Virus record (IMG/VR): IMGVR_UViG_3300046714_000236
Coordinates: 30,230-94,229 of that record
DNA length: 64,000 nucleotides
Direction: 5' to 3' (one strand)
From: a virus
This document shows positions 1-9,273 of this stretch, piece after piece (the stretch's first letter is position 1; every line of letters begins with the position of its first letter). Made by a program: the position numbers and the translations under genes. The notes under the pieces are model-generated. The model was not told the DNA's origin and searched no databases. It saw nothing but the letters and a program-made list of their open reading frames with translations.

Positions 1-11
1 GGGCTAACCCA

Positions 12-200
12 ATGGAACGGTTCATCGTGTTCGAGGAAGCCGATTACGAGGGCGCCAAACTGCCGAGCAAAGCGAAGAGCTTCGCGACACTCGAAGAAGC
101 GCGCGAGTACGCACGCAGCCCAGAAGCGGCGAGATGGGCCGACCTGTTCGAGATCTTCGACTGCGACGAGCGCCGCGTTGTCGAGACTCTCACCCGATGA
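12..200 (+). CDS. hypothetical protein (62 aa)
   Basis: Protein-like composition; converges on the end of the tail operon. Confidence 0.55.
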   Translation: MERFIVFEEADYEGAKLPSKAKSFATLEEAREYARSPEAARWADLFEIFDCDERRVVETLTR

Positions 201-1212
201 GCAGCCCGGGAGATCCGATCCCCGGGAGTAGCTGCCCCGTCGGCGTGTTCGGCTTCTGCGTCGCCGTCGCGAACGCCGCCTGAATCCCCGCGCTCACCGC
301 AGGCGAGATCGGCGTCGTCTGCGCGATCGGGAGCGCCGCGATCAGCTTGTCACTGTTCGCCGTGAGCAGCGTGAGGATCGCCGCGCCCACTGCTTGCGCC
401 GTCACCGTCGGGATCGGAATCAGGATCGTCGAGAGCGCCGTACCCACCGCGAAGAGCAGCGAGAAGAACGCCTCCGTTGTCAGCACGTGTTCGAGCGGAG
501 GATTCGCCGCCGTGCTGATCGTGAACACGCCCGGGATGACGAGCGTGCTCTGCTCGGGGCTCGCGTCGCTCGCGCTCATCGTGAAGATCGCATCTCCGAT
601 CTGCAGCACGCCGTGCCGCCCGGTGAAATCGATCTGGAAAAGAAACTCGGGCGGAGTGTCCGCCGTCTGCGGGCCCTGCACTTGAAACGCATCGGGCGAG
701 ATCTGGATCGCCGCGTTCTCCGCATCCTTCAGCGTGATCGATCCGTCGACGGCGATCTGAATGAACGCGCCCGTGAGCGCGCTCCGCCACGTGATGGGCC
801 CCGCGAACTCTTCGATCGCCGGAGTGCGCCGCCGCTTGAACGCAAAGTTGTTCAGCTTCGGGTCCTGCCCCGCAACGCTCGTCATCGGGAATTTGTCGAT
901 CGCGTTGTTCAGCCGGTGCGTGATCACCGAGTCGCGCTCGCTGCCGCCGACGTGCTCGACGAGCACCTCATCGTTCTCGATGAACGGGAAGTATTCCGCC
1001 TCGCCATTACCCGCGACGCTCGAACCGATCCGCGCGTACACCTGCCGAAACGACGGATGGAGCGTGACCTTCACGAACACTTGCCCGCGCTCTTCGTCGA
1101 ACGTCACCGGGTCGCCGTCGCCGAAGCCGACCGTGCCGTACGAGTTCCAAGAATGCCCGGGCCCGTCGGTTGCCTCGTGCGCCGTGCGCGCGTCGAACGG
1201 GAAGTGCCTCAT
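190..1212 (-). CDS. baseplate spike / gpV(gp5)-like protein
   Basis: OB-fold-like N-terminus (VFVKVTL...YFPFIENDEVLVEHVGG), then a beta-rich IQIAVDGSITL segment. ATGA overlap with the hub gene sets the start at 1212. Confidence 0.65.
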   Translation of the reverse strand: MRHFPFDARTAHEATDGPGHSWNSYGTVGFGDGDPVTFDEERGQVFVKVTLHPSFRQVYARIGSSVAGNGEAEYFPFIENDEVLVEHVGGSERDSVITHRLNNAIDKFPMTSVAGQDPKLNNFAFKRRRTPAIEEFAGPITWRSALTGAFIQIAVDGSITLKDAENAAIQISPDAFQVQGPQTADTPPEFLFQIDFTGRHGVLQIGDAIFTMSASDASPEQSTLVIPGVFTISTAANPPLEHVLTTEAFFSLLFAVGTALSTILIPIPTVTAQAVGAAILTLLTANSDKLIAALPIAQTTPISPAVSAGIQAAFATATQKPNTPTGQLLPGIGSPGLLIG

Positions 1213-2984
1213 GAGTTGTCCTCCACGACGACGGGAACCGGCACAGGAGCGAGCTCGCTTTCCGCAGGCGTGATCTCCTGCCCCTCGGGAAGCGACGCGT
1301 CCGCGCGCACTTCCACGTAGTTGATGCACCCCACTTCGAGCTTCACGCCCGAGTCCTGATCCCAATCCGTCGACACCGTCTTCAGGCGGAACGTGCGCGG
1401 GAACCCGATCGCGCTGTACGCCTTCGCGTACGCACCCGCGAAGTCTTCGGAGAACCCGAGCGCGATGAGCTTCTGCGCCTGCGCACTCTCGCTCGCCACC
1501 GCCACCACCGTGTTCAAGTTGTCGTCCTCTTTCGCCTGCGAAGTGATCACGTCGACGGAGTCACCCGGGATCGCGTCGAGCATGTCGGGGTCGATGTTGC
1601 TGCCGCCGAGCGATCCGAGATTGCGTGTGAGCATCGTCACCGCGATCTCGTTCCGCCCCCACACCTCGTAAGCGCTCTGAGCGAGAAGCCGGAGCGTGTC
1701 TTCGCTGCCGATCCCCGAGACGCGCACGACTTGATACTTCTGATCCGCGTTCTGCCCGGGCAGGAGCTTGCTCTGTCGATCGATCTTCGCGGGGTACCGC
1801 ACGACGAGCGTCTTCTTCCGGTCGGGCAGGTACGAACGAACCTCGACGTTGAACGGCGCCGCCTTCGTGAAGTGCCGCTCCATGTCGTATTCCGAAATGT
1901 TCTCGCCGTACAAATAGGTCCGCGATCGGAGCTCCGTTCCGTCGGGCAGGAGCCGCCCCGTGAAGACGTCATCCGTGCGCCCCGAGTAGCCCGCCGCGTA
2001 CAGCGTCCGCGCGCGCTGCACGATCACCGTCGTCCCCTCGATGCGCACCGTGTGCCCGAGCGCGCCCACGACGTCCGTGATGTAGTCCCACGTGCTGAGC
2101 TTCTGCGAGCTCGCTGCCCCCGCGCCCGCGCCGCCCACCGGCGTGGGCCCGAGCTTCGGGGGATAGGCGTTCCGCCCGAGCACTGTCGCGAGGTTCGGGA
2201 TCTTGCTCCGCGCCACTGCAGGCCGGTACTCCACCGAGAACCCGCGGAGCTGTGGGAACGCGCTCATGTACGTCGCGATCGCAAGGTCGATCGGATCGTC
2301 GACGCCGATGTAAAGACGCGGCGGAGCTTCCTGCTCGATGAGGATCCGCGTGTTGTCCGTGCACGAGAGCTCGATGATGGGCGCACCGTCGTTCGGTCGC
2401 GAGTTCCGCCAAATGTCGACCCACCCTTGAAAGCGGAGGTTCGTGCGCTGCTGCCTGCCGTCGAAGTACGTGTCCGGGATCACGTTGTACGGGAGCTGCA
2501 GCCCGTCGCTCGTCGCGTTCGCCCGGATGTTCCCCGCCACACCGAGCGCGTACTCGTCGGCGCTCACCGTGCCGAGGAAGTACTCCACCGCGCACGAGCG
2601 GATCGGCCGCGGATCGATCGGCAGATCGAGAAAGCTGATCGTCGCCTTCAGCTGATCGGCGATGCGGATCCCGTTGCGATCGTGCCGCGCGTTCTTCGGG
2701 ATGATCCCGTCGATCACGTGCGTGAGCCCGTCGTCGCTCGTCGTCTGCTTCTGCGGGCCGAGCTTCTCACCCGGCGTGTCCCCTTCCCCGAGGAGCACGA
2801 ACCCGGAACCGTCCTGCACCACGCGGAGCTTCGTCGTCGCGCCCGAGTCCTTCACGCCCGTGCGGTTCTGGCTCGGGAGCGTGGGAGGCTTCGGCGTTCC
2901 GGGCGCGCCGTAGTCTTCGAGCCGGATGATGAGTCTCAGGCGCGCGCTCGGGTAGTAGCCGCCCTTGTCGAATCCGAAGGACAC
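1209..2984 (-). CDS. baseplate hub / gpD(gp27)-like late protein
   Basis: FQGWVD...IIELSCTDNT, YLYGENISEY and PGDSVDV motifs; lies between the LysM protein and the spike. Confidence 0.65.
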   Translation of the reverse strand: MSFGFDKGGYYPSARLRLIIRLEDYGAPGTPKPPTLPSQNRTGVKDSGATTKLRVVQDGSGFVLLGEGDTPGEKLGPQKQTTSDDGLTHVIDGIIPKNARHDRNGIRIADQLKATISFLDLPIDPRPIRSCAVEYFLGTVSADEYALGVAGNIRANATSDGLQLPYNVIPDTYFDGRQQRTNLRFQGWVDIWRNSRPNDGAPIIELSCTDNTRILIEQEAPPRLYIGVDDPIDLAIATYMSAFPQLRGFSVEYRPAVARSKIPNLATVLGRNAYPPKLGPTPVGGAGAGAASSQKLSTWDYITDVVGALGHTVRIEGTTVIVQRARTLYAAGYSGRTDDVFTGRLLPDGTELRSRTYLYGENISEYDMERHFTKAAPFNVEVRSYLPDRKKTLVVRYPAKIDRQSKLLPGQNADQKYQVVRVSGIGSEDTLRLLAQSAYEVWGRNEIAVTMLTRNLGSLGGSNIDPDMLDAIPGDSVDVITSQAKEDDNLNTVVAVASESAQAQKLIALGFSEDFAGAYAKAYSAIGFPRTFRLKTVSTDWDQDSGVKLEVGCINYVEVRADASLPEGQEITPAESELAPVPVPVVVEDNS

Positions 2985-3068
2985 GCCCCGAGCTTACACG
3001 TCACCCGAGCACGATGGGCTCGAAGTCCGCGCAGCCCCAATCCGGCGAGACGGATCCCGTGATGTTGT

Positions 3069-3212
3069 TCATCGCATCGCAGCCGGATCGGAACGGAGCT
3101 GCACGAAGTGCGTGCACTCGTCGCAGCGCACGCGGCTGAATGTCATGTCGGCACCAAGCCCCGTCATCATGCAGAGCTTCGGCCTTCTGTCGTTCACGAT
3201 GTCGAGCGGCAT
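3069..3212 (-). CDS. small Cys-containing hypothetical protein
   Basis: MPLDIV...CDEC; start coupled to the upstream stop. Confidence 0.35.
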   Translation of the reverse strand: MPLDIVNDRRPKLCMMTGLGADMTFSRVRCDECTHFVQLRSDPAAMR

Positions 3213-3349
3213 CAACGCGCCTTCGGGTGCGCCTTGAAGTATTCGACCTGCCCGAGCCGCTTCGCCGCCTTCTTCTTCGATCGGTACGTCCCGAGGTTCT
3301 TCCCGCTCTTCGACGTGACCTGAAACTTCGCGCCCTTCTTTTTGATCAC
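3212..3349 (-). CDS. small basic protein (45 aa)
   Basis: SD AAGGGAG before GTG; K-rich GKNLGTYRSKKKAAKRL. Confidence 0.55.
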   Translation of the reverse strand: MIKKKGAKFQVTSKSGKNLGTYRSKKKAAKRLGQVEYFKAHPKAR

Positions 3350-3360
3350 GGCTCTCCCTT

Positions 3361-3573
3361 TCAACGATGGCGAGGCATGAGCGGCCACGGGCCCCACGGC
3401 ATCGCGATGCCGAAGAACGACGCGACAAGCCCGAGGAACCACAGGGCCACGACGACGATCGCGATCACCCGCACGGCCTGCTTCAGCCGCTCGTTGCCCG
3501 GCATGAGCACGAGCAGTCGATCGCCACCCCAAACCAAAACGGCGAGCACGAGGATCGCGAGGAGGATGTTCAT
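3361..3573 (-). CDS. small two-TM membrane protein (holin candidate)
   Basis: Two hydrophobic segments and a basic C-terminus; CATCCT motif 7 nt upstream. Confidence 0.5.
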   Translation of the reverse strand: MNILLAILVLAVLVWGGDRLLVLMPGNERLKQAVRVIAIVVVALWFLGLVASFFGIAMPWGPWPLMPRHR

Positions 3574-3637
3574 GGGTCCGAGGATGCCACAGGAAACGAT
3601 TTGATGAACTCTTCGACGATGCCGCACGCTTCTTCCA

Positions 3638-3916
3638 TCACGGCTTCTTTCCCGACTCCGCTGTCATCCCGATCGTCATGTCGCCGCCGATGTTCAACGT
3701 CGCCGCCGCGCCGCTCTTGAACGTGTCCGCAATCTTCAGCGCAACGTCCGCCCGCTTCTGCGCTGCGACCGCATCTTCCGCCATCGCATCCGCGAGCCCT
3801 TGCAGGACATGGATCGCACTCGCGTCGAACGTAGCGCCGACAGTGATCGTCGCGTCGCCGAGATTCACGGTCGTCGTGTGATGCAACGGCCCCGCGGGTT
3901 TCTTCTTTGTCGCCAT
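3638..3916 (-). CDS. hypothetical protein
   Basis: MATKKKP start, 6 nt after the CATCCT motif. Confidence 0.55.
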   Translation of the reverse strand: MATKKKPAGPLHHTTTVNLGDATITVGATFDASAIHVLQGLADAMAEDAVAAQKRADVALKIADTFKSGAAATLNIGGDMTIGMTAESGKKP

Positions 3917-3933
3917 CCCCCGAGGATGCCGCC

Positions 3934-3953
3934 GACCGACATCGATGTCGGTC
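3934..3953. repeat. 20-bp palindrome copy 1 (perfect to 24 bp, 3932-3955)
   Basis: ccGACCGACATCGATGTCGGTCgg. Confidence 0.97.
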
Positions 3954-3959
3954 GGAAAA

Positions 3960-4056
3960 GGGTGGGCAGGGATTCTCACCCTGCGTTCGCGGTATTTGTG
4001 CGCACCTATTCCCGCGCTCCGACTAGGCCGGTGCCGGCATCACCGACAAGCCACCC
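3960..4056 (-). ncRNA. candidate tRNA-like structured RNA
   Basis: Terminal stem GGGTGG/CCACCC stacked on a GCAGGG-TGAGAAT-CCCTGC T-arm-like hairpin, followed by TTTT. Confidence 0.35.
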
Positions 4057-4075
4057 GCGCAATGGAATGCCGCGC

Positions 4076-5260
4076 TCAATTGAACTGATTCAGGACCACG
4101 CGTTGCGGGAGGATGAGCGCGATCCGGGGAGGCGTGATCGTCTGCCCGGGGAGCCCGTTCGCCCGCGAGAGCTGGAAGCTCAGATCTTCCCCGTACTCCC
4201 TGAGCGAGATCGAAAGCATCGTCTCCCCCTGCTTCGGCAGATACGTCTTGATCACGTTCGCGGAACCGATCGTGCTCGGGTCGCTCGCGCTCGGCCGCGC
4301 CTGCGCTCGCCGTAGGGCCGCCATGCGCTGGAACCGGGCACTGGACGCCGCCATGAACTCCGCCTGCGTCTGCGCCCCGTGATAGTAGGAAGCCGCCCTG
4401 AGCAGGCTCCTGACGTCATTGGAGAGGCTCAGCTGCTCGGGCCCCTTCCGAGAGATCGAATCGACGAACTCGTTCGCGACCGAGACGGCATCGCTCGCCG
4501 CCGCCACGACTAGGTTCGCGACCGCGTACGGCTGGTCCCTCGCCGTCTTGATCACGTTGGTCAGGTGCCCGAGCCGATTGCTCACCGCCTGAGCGAGCCG
4601 GGAGAACTGCGACACGAACGCCCGAGGAGCGTCCGCCATGTTCTCCAGATCCCCGAGCGTGAACGTCGACGCGCTCTTCGGGTGATCGGCGTTCTCCGAG
4701 ATGATGCGCGACGCTGCCTCGTAGCCCGCTGCCGTCGCTGCCTTCAGGTTCGCGTCCCTTGCCGCCGCGAGAATGTCGTCCTGCTGATTCGGCTTCTGCG
4801 TCGTCGTGTTCCGCCCGGTCCACTCGAAGTTGATGTCCCACTGAATGTCGTTGGAACTGCGGTGCTTGAACGTCGTGGTCTCCATGCGACCGAAGCGAGT
4901 CACGCGCCGGCCCTCGTTCGCCCACACCACGACGAGCGGCTGCCCTTCGCGCTGAATGCCTTCGAGCGCGTCGCGGAGCTCGTCTGCGAACACGACGTTG
5001 CGAGACGAGCCGCCGTTCTGGGAGAAGAGACACGGCGCCGCGATGAGCCGCGTCGAGTTCCATTCCCCGTTCCACTTGCTCGGGAGCTCGATGGGAGTGA
5101 TCACGTGCTGCACGCCGTCGGGGTTACCGGGGTTCCACGTCGTGTCGATCTTCGTGCGGCTGCCCCACTCGGCCCAATTGAACGGGAGCCCGCCCCCGAT
5201 GAGATCGACCTGCCGCTTCTTACCGGAGAGCTCGCGGATCGTGATGATGCTCGTCGCCAC
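4076..5260 (-). CDS. tail tube initiator/baseplate protein with C-terminal LysM-like domain
   Basis: C-terminal YLPKQGETMLSISLREYG...LSRANGL; tube-like N-terminus; synteny. Confidence 0.65.
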   Translation of the reverse strand: MATSIITIRELSGKKRQVDLIGGGLPFNWAEWGSRTKIDTTWNPGNPDGVQHVITPIELPSKWNGEWNSTRLIAAPCLFSQNGGSSRNVVFADELRDALEGIQREGQPLVVVWANEGRRVTRFGRMETTTFKHRSSNDIQWDINFEWTGRNTTTQKPNQQDDILAAARDANLKAATAAGYEAASRIISENADHPKSASTFTLGDLENMADAPRAFVSQFSRLAQAVSNRLGHLTNVIKTARDQPYAVANLVVAAASDAVSVANEFVDSISRKGPEQLSLSNDVRSLLRAASYYHGAQTQAEFMAASSARFQRMAALRRAQARPSASDPSTIGSANVIKTYLPKQGETMLSISLREYGEDLSFQLSRANGLPGQTITPPRIALILPQRVVLNQFN

Positions 5261-5272
5261 GCGAGGAGGATA

Positions 5273-5851
5273 TCACTCGTCGAGCCCGGGCACCGGAGGC
5301 GTCAGATCGTAGAGCGCTCGCAGCCATTCGACCGGCACCACGCAATCATCCTGCCCCGAGTGCCGCCGCTTCATCGCAACGTACTTCGTGACGAACGGCT
5401 CGATCGCGAACTCCGTCGCGCACTGCTTCTGCGAGAACTCCCGACAGAGGACCGCGACGTCGAGCGCCGACTTGTGCAGCACGTCCTCCCCGAGCAGCTC
5501 GGAGAGCTGTGCGAGCGCGAGCGAGAAGATCGACCGAAACCGGATGAGCTGATCGCGCATGAGCGTGACCGTCGGGATGCCGGTGATCTCCGGGAGCTGC
5601 GCCTCCGAGAAGAGCGGCACCGGGAAGAGCCGTTTCTGGATCTCGTTCTCGAACTTGAGCCACTCGCGCCAAGCATCCCCGCGTGCGTACTTCTCGGCCG
5701 TTGCGATGCGAACCATCTCGTCGGCCTGCCACCCCGGCACGAACCGCGCGCCGCAATCGTCACACGACCACTCGTCGTGCCGCAGCCCCGCGGACTCTCC
5801 GATCACGTGAAGACTCACACGACGGTGCGCACAGGCAGGAACGTCGGACAT
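5273..5851 (-). CDS. hypothetical protein (N-terminal CxxC)
   Basis: MSDVPACAH start, 6 nt after CATCCT. Confidence 0.55.
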   Translation of the reverse strand: MSDVPACAHRRVSLHVIGESAGLRHDEWSCDDCGARFVPGWQADEMVRIATAEKYARGDAWREWLKFENEIQKRLFPVPLFSEAQLPEITGIPTVTLMRDQLIRFRSIFSLALAQLSELLGEDVLHKSALDVAVLCREFSQKQCATEFAIEPFVTKYVAMKRRHSGQDDCVVPVEWLRALYDLTPPVPGLDE

Positions 5852-5865
5852 GCCCCGAGGATGCC

Positions 5866-5885
5866 GCCCGACATCGATGTCGGTC
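5866..5885. repeat. palindrome copy 2
   Basis: GCCCGACATCGATGTCGGTC. Confidence 0.95.
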
Positions 5886-5886
5886 C

Positions 5887-6525
5887 TCAGTCCCCGAGCA
5901 TCTCGCGCATCCAATTGTTCAACTTGGCCTGCATGAACCCGAGCATCTCGAACCACGGCACGCGAGGGGGCGAGCGCGTGTCGGCGTTCGCGTTGACGAT
6001 GATCTTCATCCCGACCGCACGGCGCGCCGAGAAGATCACGATCCTGTCGTCCTCGCGAACGGCTTCCTCGAACCGGGCTCGAAGATCTTCGATGTCCTTC
6101 GCTTCCCACGCCGCCGTCCCGTCGACGACGGAGAGCGAGGGAGCTTCGGGCATCCGCGGCAACTCGTCGGTGTACGCGCTCCGTTCCAGATCGCGTCGCA
6201 CCTCGGGCGAGTTCACGATCCGCCTGAAGTTCGCGAGCCCTTCCGCGCGCCGTTCGTCGGTGAGCCTCGGCCCTTCGTTGATCGTCACCGCCGCGATGCG
6301 TTCGACCACGCCCGGCCGCGGAGCTCCCTGCGCTCCGCGCTCGTACGCTTCGGCAGTCTTCGCCGTGAGCGTGTCGATCAGTGCGAGCAGTTCAGCAAAC
6401 TCGATCGCGCGATTGCAGACCGCGCACCGCGCGCCTTCCTTCGTGTAGTGCCCCGTCAGCGTCCGCACTTCGATCCGCCCCGGACACGGGAGCAAGCTTC
6501 GCCGGTCGAGCGCCCCGCAGATCAT
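5887..6525 (-). CDS. hypothetical protein (N-terminal Cys motif)
   Basis: ATGA overlap with the upstream gene. Confidence 0.55.
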   Translation of the reverse strand: MICGALDRRSLLPCPGRIEVRTLTGHYTKEGARCAVCNRAIEFAELLALIDTLTAKTAEAYERGAQGAPRPGVVERIAAVTINEGPRLTDERRAEGLANFRRIVNSPEVRRDLERSAYTDELPRMPEAPSLSVVDGTAAWEAKDIEDLRARFEEAVREDDRIVIFSARRAVGMKIIVNANADTRSPPRVPWFEMLGFMQAKLNNWMREMLGD

Positions 6526-6827
6526 GAACGGAGCTCCGGAAAGATGTTGGTTGGATCCCACTTCACCTCGCCGCGCTTCACCGCCATCCGCATCCCGAGC
6601 GGGGGCTTCACTCGCATGAGCCATTCGGCCATGCCGCCGTTCTTCCACATCACTCCACCGAGCGTCGTCGCGAACTCTTTGAGCGCCATGTCCGTGCGCG
6701 TCTTCAGCGCTGCGATCCGCGCGTCCCTCGGTTGCATGAAGACCAGCGCGTCCATCGCGTACCCGACCTTCCGCGAAAGCGCTCGCCTGCGCCTGAGCCG
6801 CTGTCGTTCGCGTTCTACTTTTCCCAT
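6522..6827 (-). CDS. hypothetical protein
   Basis: Part of an overlapping small-gene chain. Confidence 0.5.
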   Translation of the reverse strand: MGKVERERQRLRRRRALSRKVGYAMDALVFMQPRDARIAALKTRTDMALKEFATTLGGVMWKNGGMAEWLMRVKPPLGMRMAVKRGEVKWDPTNIFPELRS

Positions 6828-7090
6828 GGCAGCTTTACCTTGGATGCCGCCGCCCGCTGCCGCGCCTGCTTCTCAGGGCTCATCGCGCTGAAGATGTTCT
6901 CGCTCGGCGCCGTCTGGATCCCGAGTCGCTCAGCGACGCCGCGGATCCACTGAGCTTGCTTCACCGTGAGCGCGTAGCCCTGCGAGTCCATGCGCCCGAA
7001 CGCTTCGCGCTGCGCATCGGTGAGCCGCTCAGCGAGTTCGGTTTCGAGCAGCTTCGTGAGCAGCTCGGCGTCCGTGAGCGGCTTGCTCAT
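6815..7090 (-). CDS. hypothetical protein
   Basis: Part of an overlapping small-gene chain. Confidence 0.6.
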   Translation of the reverse strand: MSKPLTDAELLTKLLETELAERLTDAQREAFGRMDSQGYALTVKQAQWIRGVAERLGIQTAPSENIFSAMSPEKQARQRAAASKVKLPWEK

Positions 7091-7617
7091 CGCTGCGCCT
7101 CGCGCTGCTTCTGCTCAGCGGCATCGGCGAACCGGATCACCGCCTGCGCCATCATCCGATGTATGGCGAGCACGGTGCGGTAATCCGTCACGCACAGGAA
7201 CTCGTCCGTGAAGATCCGGTCCATCGCGTAGCGCTCGCCGCGGATCATGATGTACCGGCGATACAGATTCGCCATGCGATGCACGTCGCCGCCATGCAAC
7301 TCGACCGGCGCTTCGTCGATCGGCTCCTGCCGTGTCGGCCGCGTCGTGTTCGCCTGCACCCGCGTCCGGTTGATCCACGGCTCGTCGATCCGGTTCCAAT
7401 AGACCTGCCCAAACTCCTGCGACTTCGAGAGCGCTTCGATCGCAACGCCGATCGGGTCTTTGACGATGATCGGATCGGGATGGTCCTCGCGCCACCACGC
7501 TTGCACCCGACGCGCGAAGAGCTGCAGCGCTTTCAGGATGGGCCGCATCCGCGACCGCAGGCGCCGCCGTGCGAGCTTGTCGACGTGCTGCCGCTTCTTC
7601 AATGCGAGCCGGGTCAT
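7087..7617 (-). CDS. hypothetical protein
   Basis: ATGA overlaps at both ends. Confidence 0.55.
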   Translation of the reverse strand: MTRLALKKRQHVDKLARRRLRSRMRPILKALQLFARRVQAWWREDHPDPIIVKDPIGVAIEALSKSQEFGQVYWNRIDEPWINRTRVQANTTRPTRQEPIDEAPVELHGGDVHRMANLYRRYIMIRGERYAMDRIFTDEFLCVTDYRTVLAIHRMMAQAVIRFADAAEQKQREAQR

Positions 7618-7814
7618 CGGTGCTCAGGGCACCGAGCCGCGCCCGTGGTGTCGTCGACTTCCCACCCGCGGAGAGCGGGCGGGAGCCGCGCCTCGAACTC
7701 GTAGTGCCCCACCTCGTTCCCGTAACGCTTCGTGAGCGTGCACGCCGCGCGGAACTCAATCGAGCACGAGCACCCGGGTGCGTCGCACGTGACCAGGATC
7801 GGGATGGTGATCAT
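7614..7814 (-). CDS. small Zn-ribbon-like protein
   Basis: CDAPGC...CPEH. Confidence 0.5.
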   Translation of the reverse strand: MITIPILVTCDAPGCSCSIEFRAACTLTKRYGNEVGHYEFEARLPPALRGWEVDDTTGAARCPEHR

Positions 7815-8182
7815 CGGAACCCGACTCCCATCTTGCCGCTTCCGAGGAGACGCAGGGTCGCTTCCGTTCGCGTGCCGACCGTGTTGCCCCGCCCGACGAA
7901 CTCGCCGAGCGTCTTCGCGACCCATGCTTCGAGCTCGCGTCTCTGCTCGAACGTTGGAGCGCCTGCCGGGTCATCGGCGATGATGATCGAATCCGTGTCC
8001 GCGTAGTAGTGCGCCGACGCTTGCGGCCACGGCCACGGAGGATCGACCACGCCGTACGGCGGAGAACCCGGGAGCTTCACCACGCCCGGCATGAACGAGT
8101 ACGCCCGCACACGTTGCGGTTCGGGCAGCACGAGCGCGCCGGCTGCCGCTCCGAGTGCTGCGAGGAACGAACGACGGTTCAT
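7811..8182 (-). CDS. protein with twin-arginine (Tat)-like signal
   Basis: MNRRSFLAALGAAAGALVL. Confidence 0.55.
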   Translation of the reverse strand: MNRRSFLAALGAAAGALVLPEPQRVRAYSFMPGVVKLPGSPPYGVVDPPWPWPQASAHYYADTDSIIIADDPAGAPTFEQRRELEAWVAKTLGEFVGRGNTVGTRTEATLRLLGSGKMGVGFR

Positions 8183-8295
8183 GATCGCACCCACGCAACG
8201 AACTCGAACGCCCACGCGAGAGCCGCGATGAAGAGCAGTGCAGCGACTGCGTACACGACGATGGTTCGATCTTGGTCGGAGGGAAGCTGTGCCAT
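8179..8295 (-). CDS. small single-TM protein (38 aa)
   Basis: MAQLPSDQDRTIVVYAVAALLFIAALAWAF; abuts both neighbours; below the ORF-track cutoff. Confidence 0.45.
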   Translation of the reverse strand: MAQLPSDQDRTIVVYAVAALLFIAALAWAFEFVAWVRS

Positions 8296-8520
8296 TTATT
8301 TTGTCCTGCTTTTCGAGGATGCCACGGGAAACAGGTGCACGAGTCTCGCGAGGAGAGCGCTTGCGTGGGTCGGGCAGAGCGCGATCGAAGTGTATTCCGT
8401 GACGATGATGATCACCTTCGCGTCCTTCCGAATGCGCCCCTTGGGAGTGAACAAACATCTGCAGCCGAGCTCACTGCAACCCGCTTGAACAACGCTCACC
8501 CGCTCTCGATAGACTTCCAT
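8296..8520 (-). CDS. small Cys-rich hypothetical protein
   Basis: Start coupled to the upstream stop. Confidence 0.45.
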   Translation of the reverse strand: MEVYRERVSVVQAGCSELGCRCLFTPKGRIRKDAKVIIIVTEYTSIALCPTHASALLARLVHLFPVASSKSRTK

Positions 8521-8945
8521 CAGACTCGGCGCGCTTTCTCCCACTGCTCGAACACAGAACTGGGTGAGCTTTTCGGGTGCGCCTTGAGCTCGGTCCCATT
8601 GAACACACCGCGCACGGGCCGACCGAAGCGAGCAGCGTGGACGCACAGGTCGGTCGCGAACTCGGTGAGCACTGCGCCGGGGTCTGCCCTGAGCAGATCG
8701 GTCTCGTGGATGAGCGTCATCGCCTGGCGTTCTCGGCGCTTCATCGTGCGATGTTCTTCGCGCGCGTTGCGGATCTCCAGTTCGAGCGCGGGGAGATGTT
8801 CCGCACAGAGCCGCGCCCGGAAGTTTCCGATCTCGAACTCGAAGACGTCACCGACGGAACCGATGTCTTCGGGTCTCGGGCCGTGGTTCTTCTTGCACCC
8901 TTCGGCCATACACCCGCCGTGCTCTCGCGCCGCGACCCACGCCAT
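8520..8945 (-). CDS. hypothetical protein
   Basis: TGATG coupling; CMAEGC and CAEH motifs. Confidence 0.5.
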   Translation of the reverse strand: MAWVAAREHGGCMAEGCKKNHGPRPEDIGSVGDVFEFEIGNFRARLCAEHLPALELEIRNAREEHRTMKRRERQAMTLIHETDLLRADPGAVLTEFATDLCVHAARFGRPVRGVFNGTELKAHPKSSPSSVFEQWEKARRV

Positions 8946-9256
8946 CACGCCCTCCGAGACGCCCGGCTGTTCTTCTTCCTGCTCTGCTTGCCGGCGTGAC
9001 GGACGCGGGAGCCGAGCTGCCGTGTGCGCTTCCTCGCTTGCCGTTGGTTGAACTTGCCGTGCCCCCCGAGCTTGCCGGGCATCGAGTACCCGAGCTTCAC
9101 CCGCATCCCCGCGGGGAACTGCTGCCCCTTCTTCGAGCTCGGAGCGTTCGGGCGATTCGCGGGAGGCACGTGAGCGCCAAGGCTCGGCATGCCCATCATC
9201 GCGACCATTGCCATCAAGGCGCGCTTCGCCGCTGTCGTGGTGTCTCTGATCTTCAT
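8945..9256 (-). CDS. basic hypothetical protein
   Basis: CATCCT 7 nt upstream. Confidence 0.5.
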   Translation of the reverse strand: MKIRDTTTAAKRALMAMVAMMGMPSLGAHVPPANRPNAPSSKKGQQFPAGMRVKLGYSMPGKLGGHGKFNQRQARKRTRQLGSRVRHAGKQSRKKNSRASRRA

Positions 9257-9273
9257 GGTGTCGAGGATGCCGC

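Noticed and set aside
3960-4056. Canonical tRNA gene
   Set aside because: No TTC in the T loop, no clear D or anticodon arm, and no CCA. Kept only as tRNA-like.
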